Assembly: GCA_038496445.1 (NCBI GenBank)
Contig: JALMLS010000269.1
Coordinates: forward strand, 1 to 49,592
From: Trichosphaerium sp. ATCC 40318
Taxonomy: Eukaryota; Protista; Tubulinea
Direction of reading: 5' to 3'
DNA: 49,592 nucleotides
Shown here: piece by piece, positions 41,430-49,592 of the stretch
Numbering within the stretch: position 1 is the first letter of the stretch
How the letters are laid out: each line of letters opens with the position of its first letter
The notes under the pieces: model-generated
The model's input: only the letters and a program-made list of their open reading frames with translations
What the model was told of the DNA's origin: nothing
Databases searched by the model: none
Made by a program: the position numbers and the translations under genes

Positions 41430-41565
41430 CAGATTATGTACTGTATCTCTATCTCAATAGCCTCGAGTTCAGAACCGTTTGAGTCAGCATACTGTCTTAT
41501 ATATCATCCAACAACTGCGCCAGTAGTTACTCTGTCTTTAACACTGCCGTCGGTGGTAAGTACTG
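41430..41565 (-). mobile_element. RNase H-like remnant (possible retroelement relic)
   Basis: VLTTDGSVKDRVTTGAVVG*...DSNGSELEAIEI resembles the TDGS and N..EL.AI motifs; in-frame stop. Confidence 0.4.
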
Positions 41566-41981
41566 AGACTCCTGTGAGGTTGTGTTCCAGAGATGTACTC
41601 CAACTTTAGCTCTTGGGGTGTTTTAGACGTCTATAGAAATAATATTTCTCTGTCTGGACCCTTGTACTATTAGTATTCACGATGACTCCAACGCGAACTC
41701 CAATAGCATCCAATAAGGAATATACTATTCACAGGCGCTGTAAAATCACGTGGAGACCAAAAGCCCTTCTGTTGTGAATGAATAGGCACATTCACCAGTA
41801 TTCAATATTCATGCCTAAGCTTGGGTTCGCACTAAAAGGGCAATTCTTTGGCGGCTTTAAAAAAGGTTTTTATTTACAAGGGAGTATAACAGTGGGTACA
41901 CTAGCAACCGCCACGAAGTTGAAGTACGAGATGGAGAGTGGAATCCAGAAGTTTCACTTGCTCAAAAACCAAAAACCGCAC

Positions 41982-42138
41982 TTTAAGCTTGTACAAGATC
42001 GTTGTCTACATAAAAGGCTATTTAGGTAACCTAACAACGTGATTCTAGTACTTTACCTTACCAGCAGCGTCTAAACCCAATAACAGTATTCTGGACCTGG
42101 TTTGGACGCCCCAACAGTTTTCCTAACGCGCTCCCCAT
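41982..42138 (-). pseudogene. Truncated ARF-family GTPase pseudogene
   Basis: MGSALGKLLGRPNQV[+1 nt]RILLLGLDAAGK | intron | TTILYKLK; no downstream WDVGG or NKQD exons found. Confidence 0.8.
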
Positions 42139-43592
42139 TGATAGAACTTGTGTCAAAAGTTATGGCACGTCGTATGATAGCATTAAGAAAGAGTAAACCT
42201 CTTACTGAACGATCAATTTACTTCAGAATGTCCGGTCAAACTTCACATGCATACGCTTTTTCACGTATAGCAGATGGACGTGAGATCTTATCCATGATTA
42301 TTCTGGAGAACGGAGTCTAGCTTTCAAAGAAAAGACGACGTAGGTGCCACTGCCAAATGTGTTTTAAAAAAAACAGTGCAAAAACTTTGTTTTGGCATCG
42401 CTGCACGTAGGTGATGCTACGGTAGCAGTATTTTGAGTGTTTGCAACAAAGAGAGCAAGGATAACAATACAGACTATACAGTCACGTCACAGTCAATGTA
42501 AACAATACAGCTTTTGATCTCTGTGCAACTCAAGTCTAACTACCTTGTTTGTCCAAGTTTAAACGGCACACATCATCTGTATTATGATAATACCTAATGT
42601 AACGTGCGTACCTGCAACTGAACGAAACCTAGCATAAAGATAAAAGTCTTCCAAAAAAAAAAACTACCGTTAAAGAAAAGTCATGACTATGCTTCTTGTG
42701 GAGGAAGACCTAAGCTGCAACAACATAGGAGTATTAGCTTGAACTTTGTTTGGCTTTTATTGTAGAGGTATCCCATTCGTAGGTGATAAGGGTTTACTGT
42801 TACCTTGTGCAGCTCCGTTGTGGTTTTTGGTCTTTTCTCCATCGCCCATACTCTACCTGGCGTCTATACAACAAAGGTAACGTTAATTTAATTTCTTGCG
42901 CAACTTCTTATCTTTTTCAGTAGCACACTCTAACTAGACAGCACCGAGGGATCCTTCTTTAAAACTCTCACTCAAAACCACTTGTTATTTTGTCCCATTT
43001 TGTTTTAAGGTTACAACGCTCACGGTGCACGCATATACAGTGTTGAGATTGCGTTTAATGTTATTGCAGAACTAGTTGTTTTTTTTTTGTGTCTAATAGT
43101 CACACGCGCGTGCTGAGGTTGCTACGGTGTTAGTTGAGCAAAAAAAAAAAAGCGAAAGGGCGTTTTGTCGCAAGTCGTTGCTTTACACATGCAACTGGGC
43201 ACGTAGCAGAAATCAACTGTGGTATTACTTCATTCAGGCATTAGCTTGTTTCACTGTTGGCTTTATTTATGTCTATACGCATACCACGGTATAAAAACCA
43301 AGTGTAAACGCAAATAATGTAAGGTTTCAAGATATCTGTTTGTAAAGGTTTTTTACACCTTCCGTTTAGTGGCCATTGACGTATGATTCGCTTACTAGGA
43401 CTAACTGATCAGATAAGTAGTCGTGTCATACCTCCCAATGTGGCCTTTTGAAGATATTCAGTTAGCGAAGACTCAAAGCGCGTTCACCTGTTACATGGTT
43501 CAACAACAAATCAATTTATCTACGTATCACGTCTCCTGAGCTTGATCTTAAATAGTTTGCCACTTAAGCGAAACTCTCACTATAATTGCACA

Positions 43593-44259
43593 ATGAGCAC
43601 GGCAGCACCTCCTCGCAGTAATAGGGCTGCGTCACAGAGTTTAAAAACACGCATTGGGTTATTCGCTGTCAAATTAAAAGAGTTTGACAAAGAGTACTGC
43701 AATACGCGCACAGAGTTCGATGAAGAGCAGGCGGACAGCCGTAAAGAGTTTGAAGAGCGCTATAAAAAAATAGACGCTAAACGCCAGGCACGTTTCAAAA
43801 AGAAAGCGGGTTCTTTATGCGGAAACCTTCTGCTCCTTGCGACCGTAGGGCTGCGTTAAAGGGCGAGTTGAAGTTGAAAGCGTTTTGTTACTCTAAACTT
43901 GTTTAAAACTGCGTTTGTGGAAACCATCTGCTTTCTTGCGACCGTAGGGCCGCGTTAAGGGCGAGTTGATGTCGAAAACTGTCGTTGGTATCAAGTTGGC
44001 AAATCTTTCTTTATTTTTGGTTTTAATCACTAACAGCGTGTGCCAGGCTGCTACTATGGAGATTTTACGCGGTTTAATAACCCAAAACGATGATTTAAAA
44101 GGTATAAAAAGAAAATACGACCAAGCTATGGTTGAGAACGCTCAACTCAAGAGAGAACTGCAAGTACTTAAAAAATTCAAGAGAACAGTTTCTGGAGCAC
44201 TTGATGAAGCAAATGAACAATCAGAAGACGCTGATGTCGTTCTCCTACAGAAGATATAA
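43593..44259 (+). CDS. Hypothetical coiled-coil protein, 2 exons
   Basis: Charged helical ORFs joined in phase 0 by intron 43806-44046 (GC donor, CTAAC branch point, CAG acceptor). Confidence 0.6.
43821..43977. repeat. ~59-bp GC-rich direct repeat (2 copies) in intron
   Basis: ggaaacc.tctgct..cttgcgaccgtagggc.gcgttaa.gggcgagttga at 43821 and 43919. Confidence 0.85.
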
Positions 44260-44865
44260 AGGCAAAAATTACGTTCTCCAAAGTGACATCTTTTTTCGAA
44301 GCAGTTTCACGGACATGAACAGCTAGAGAGCTTCCTTCCTTCCGTAATCAACGGGTTTTGATTGCATTCACGCGTCAGGGCGGCATAGCGAACCTGGAAC
44401 GATTCGAAAGTGAAGGGAAAAAAAAACAACCTTTCATGTGGCGAAGAGCGTTATGCAACTTTGCAAAAAGATCTAGTAATTGTGGTGATATTGTAATCAA
44501 CCACATTTCACTATGACAATGAAAACAATAAAAAAAACGATCAGATTTTTTTCGAAATTTGATTCTTCTCAATCCATCACCAAGACTTTGTCTTTTTCTT
44601 CATATACAAGTCTTTTAATAATTTGCCATTTATTGGTTACAAAAAATCCAAATCGCAGTCTACTACTAAGAGAGACAGTACTGAATAACAATCGCAATGT
44701 ATGAATCCAAATCCAAACGTTTGAACATAAAAAAATGCGAACACCACACTTCTTTTAAAAGAGAGACCATTAAAAAAAAGTTGGTTCATCAAGGAAGGTG
44801 GTATTAAATCAATAGCAGCCCAAACATTTAGTTCTTTTTTTTTTGTTTGTTTTTTTGAAATTTGT

Positions 44866-47323
<2,458 letters not shown>

Positions 47324-47447
47324 TGTGGTATTGTTTAGCTCTGGAAAGAAGATTCAAACGCTGCTTAAACGCACTTTTGTTAGACTTATGCCAAAAAGCT
47401 AACCGTTTGTTGTTTACACAACTGCCGTAACTGTATAACATAAGCAT

Positions 47448-48851
47448 ATGTCTAGTACAATTCTAGTGAGCGGAGGTAGCGGTTTTATTGGCAAGCGTTT
47501 AGTTGCGTCTCTAAAGAACAAAGGACACAGGGTACACATATATGAAAGCGGACTATAACAATCAGTTAATACGAAACGTACTTACGTAACTGTTCAAATG
47601 AAATGGCACAAAAATGACCTTAAAATAGTAAAACCGCTCTATTTCTACCTTTCCAAAACAGTGAAAGTGACATTTATCATTTCCGCGTTATAAATCGTCA
47701 AAAAACAATCTCAAACGTCTTAAAATACGTCATGACGCTTAAAAGCCTTGTAGGTGCTCGTTGTATCGCGTAGCGCCAAGAAAGGGGATGTCACATGGGA
47801 AACAGTTAACAAAGGAAAAATTCCTGATTGCGACGCAATTATCTCTCTTCAAGGTGCGGGTATTGTTGACAAGGTATGTTAATGTCCTTCGTATATAGTA
47901 TAGTTATGGTTAAAAGCTTGGTTTAGAGATGGACAAAGGAGTACAAGAAGGTGTTGATAGACTCAAGAGTACAGACCACAAAAGCCTTACTGAACGCTGT
48001 CAAAAAGTCAAAAAAGAAACCCAAACATTTTATTGCAACTTCGGCTGTTTGGTGCGTAAAGTCTTTGTTCTGCCTGATGGAGTATTCATAACTATTACAA
48101 ATATAGCTTCTATCCAACAGAACAAGATGAAGTATATGATGAGACATACGACGGACCACCAGCTGAGAACTTTGGAGGTTTTTATTAAATTGAAAATCAC
48201 GTGCATTTGTTAATGCTTTATTAACAGGTAACATGGATTTTCAACTAGAAAATACTGCCTTGATTACATCAAAGGATATAAATACACCACTTTCTATTGT
48301 TCGCATGGGTGTAACACTAGGTGAAGGAGGAGGTAAGTGTAAAAAGTATTTTTAGTATACCGCTAATGTTCTTTTCCTGAACAGGACCTTTTTCACTACT
48401 TCAGCTTCCTCTTGGTTTGTATGGTGGAAATATTGGTACTGGTAAACACCATGTTCCTTGGATACACGTAGGTATGTAATTATATTGATAATTGGTAATA
48501 AGCTTACACGGTTAGATGATGCTGTGAGGGTATATGAGCATATTTTAGAAAAAGAAATCAAAGGCATTGTCAATGCTGTTGCACCAACGCTCACAACAAA
48601 TAATGACATGTCAAACGCTATAGCAAAACGAGGTAAATGGACAGTACCTACACCATCAGTGATCATGAAAGCGGTAATGGGAGAAAGTTCTATACTTGTC
48701 ACAGAAGGCCAAAAGGTAAAAGTTCAAGTTGTTTTTTTTCCCTTTGATTGTATTTAATGAATTGTAGATTACGCCAAAACGATTACAGGAGACTAATTTC
48801 CCATTTTTGTACCCTACTATAGAACGTGCTATGGAGAATTTAGTAAAATAG
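47448..48851 (+). CDS. SDR39U1: SDR39U1/TIGR01777 (YfcH-like) epimerase family protein
   Basis: ILVSGGSGFIG, RWTKEYKKVLIDSRVQTT, VRMGVTLGEGG, GGNIGTG..PWIHVDD, GIVNAVAP, EGQKITPKRL..F.FLYPTI. Confidence 0.9.
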
Positions 48852-49267
48852 AAATTGCCTTGATACATAAGCTTCTGTCAACACCCTTTTTGAAATTTTA
48901 TTTGTTTTTTTTTGGGTTTTCTTTATGCACCCATGAAAGTTGTACTGAAGATAGTTAAATTCTTTTAGTTTACTTTATTTCTCTACATGCTTTAATAAAC
49001 AGAGCACTCGGTCCTCGTCTTTTAGCAGTTCTAAAAACAAAAGCGTGGATAGCAGTGTCGTTTTACCAACCTCACAGCGAAACTACTATGTAAAGATGTA
49101 TCGTCGTGAGCATATAATGAGCACAGTGCTTATTAGACCTTGGTTTTATATCTAAATTGGCGCAGGTACTACTTAGTCTAGCGCTCAATAGTATAGCGCC
49201 TAAGAGTATTAATTTGGTCAACCTAGATTCTTGAAGGAGTAACTTTTTTGTGTTTTTAACTAACAAG

Positions 49268-49592
49268 ATGCAAAGAATTGCGCTTCAACTTTTCTTTGTA
49301 GTTGTTTTTACTGCTTCCTTTGGTTACGCATGGAACGTAACAAATGGCAAATTAATGGATCCAAACGGAAATCACGTGCGCGTACAAGGCGTTTCTTTAT
49401 CTTGTACAGAGTTTGACTCTCCTATTGACACCGTACGTTCTTTCCTTTTTTTCTTTTTGTAGGTACCTTTCGGCTCTAACTATCGTACCAGAACGCCGAT
49501 GGTTCCCTTGTTTGTCCTATGATAGCCAACCGAACGGCTTCACCTTATTTAAAGGAGCTACTCAGCTGGAACACTCAAATTATCCGTATTCC
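49268..49592 (+). CDS. Secreted GH5 cellulase-like protein, partial (runs off window)
   Basis: Signal peptide; VTNGKLMDPNGNHVRVQGVS; LLSWNTQIIRIP. Confidence 0.7.

Noticed and set aside
42400-43540. Possible hidden gene or element
   Set aside because: No supported ORF, repeat or RNA structure recognised
48385-48450. Apparent frameshift in SDR39U1
   Set aside because: Recounting gives a continuous frame, GPFSLLQLPLGLYGGNIG

Overview
AT-rich, intron-dense eukaryotic genomic DNA, probably an amoebozoan-type protist (inferred from gene content: kinase-RasGEF fusion, OGFr domain, CAZymes, TTAGGG-like repeats). Introns are short (mostly ~40-100 nt) and several use GC donors. The left end looks subtelomeric: a ~45-bp GCTTCGC repeat, a hairpin cluster and degenerate TTAGGG/CCCTAA tracts. 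Genes, in order: eIF2D (-), tRNA-Ser(CGA), DBP3-like DEAD-box helicase, GH74, OGFr-domain protein, lysyl-endopeptidase-like protease, LPMO-CBM2, TKL (pseudo)kinase-RasGEF-RGS (-), EF-hand-ARM-PB1-EF-hand protein and a MORN protein. An accessory island (~28.9-42.2 kb) follows, then a small coiled-coil gene, MDH with a long N-terminal extension (-), SDR39U1 and a partial GH5. The standout is at 31321-36808: 19 near-identical 99-nt ankyrin exons joined by 18 near-identical 52-nt introns (151-bp period). Variation is concentrated at the ligand-binding (DARPin-randomised) positions, and the array is fused to an H-Y-E PARP-like ADP-ribosyltransferase. It is a candidate hypervariable immune-type receptor, accompanied by a decayed paralog, an IRG-like remnant and transposon relics. 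All exon structures were inferred by eye; gene ends are approximate where stated.
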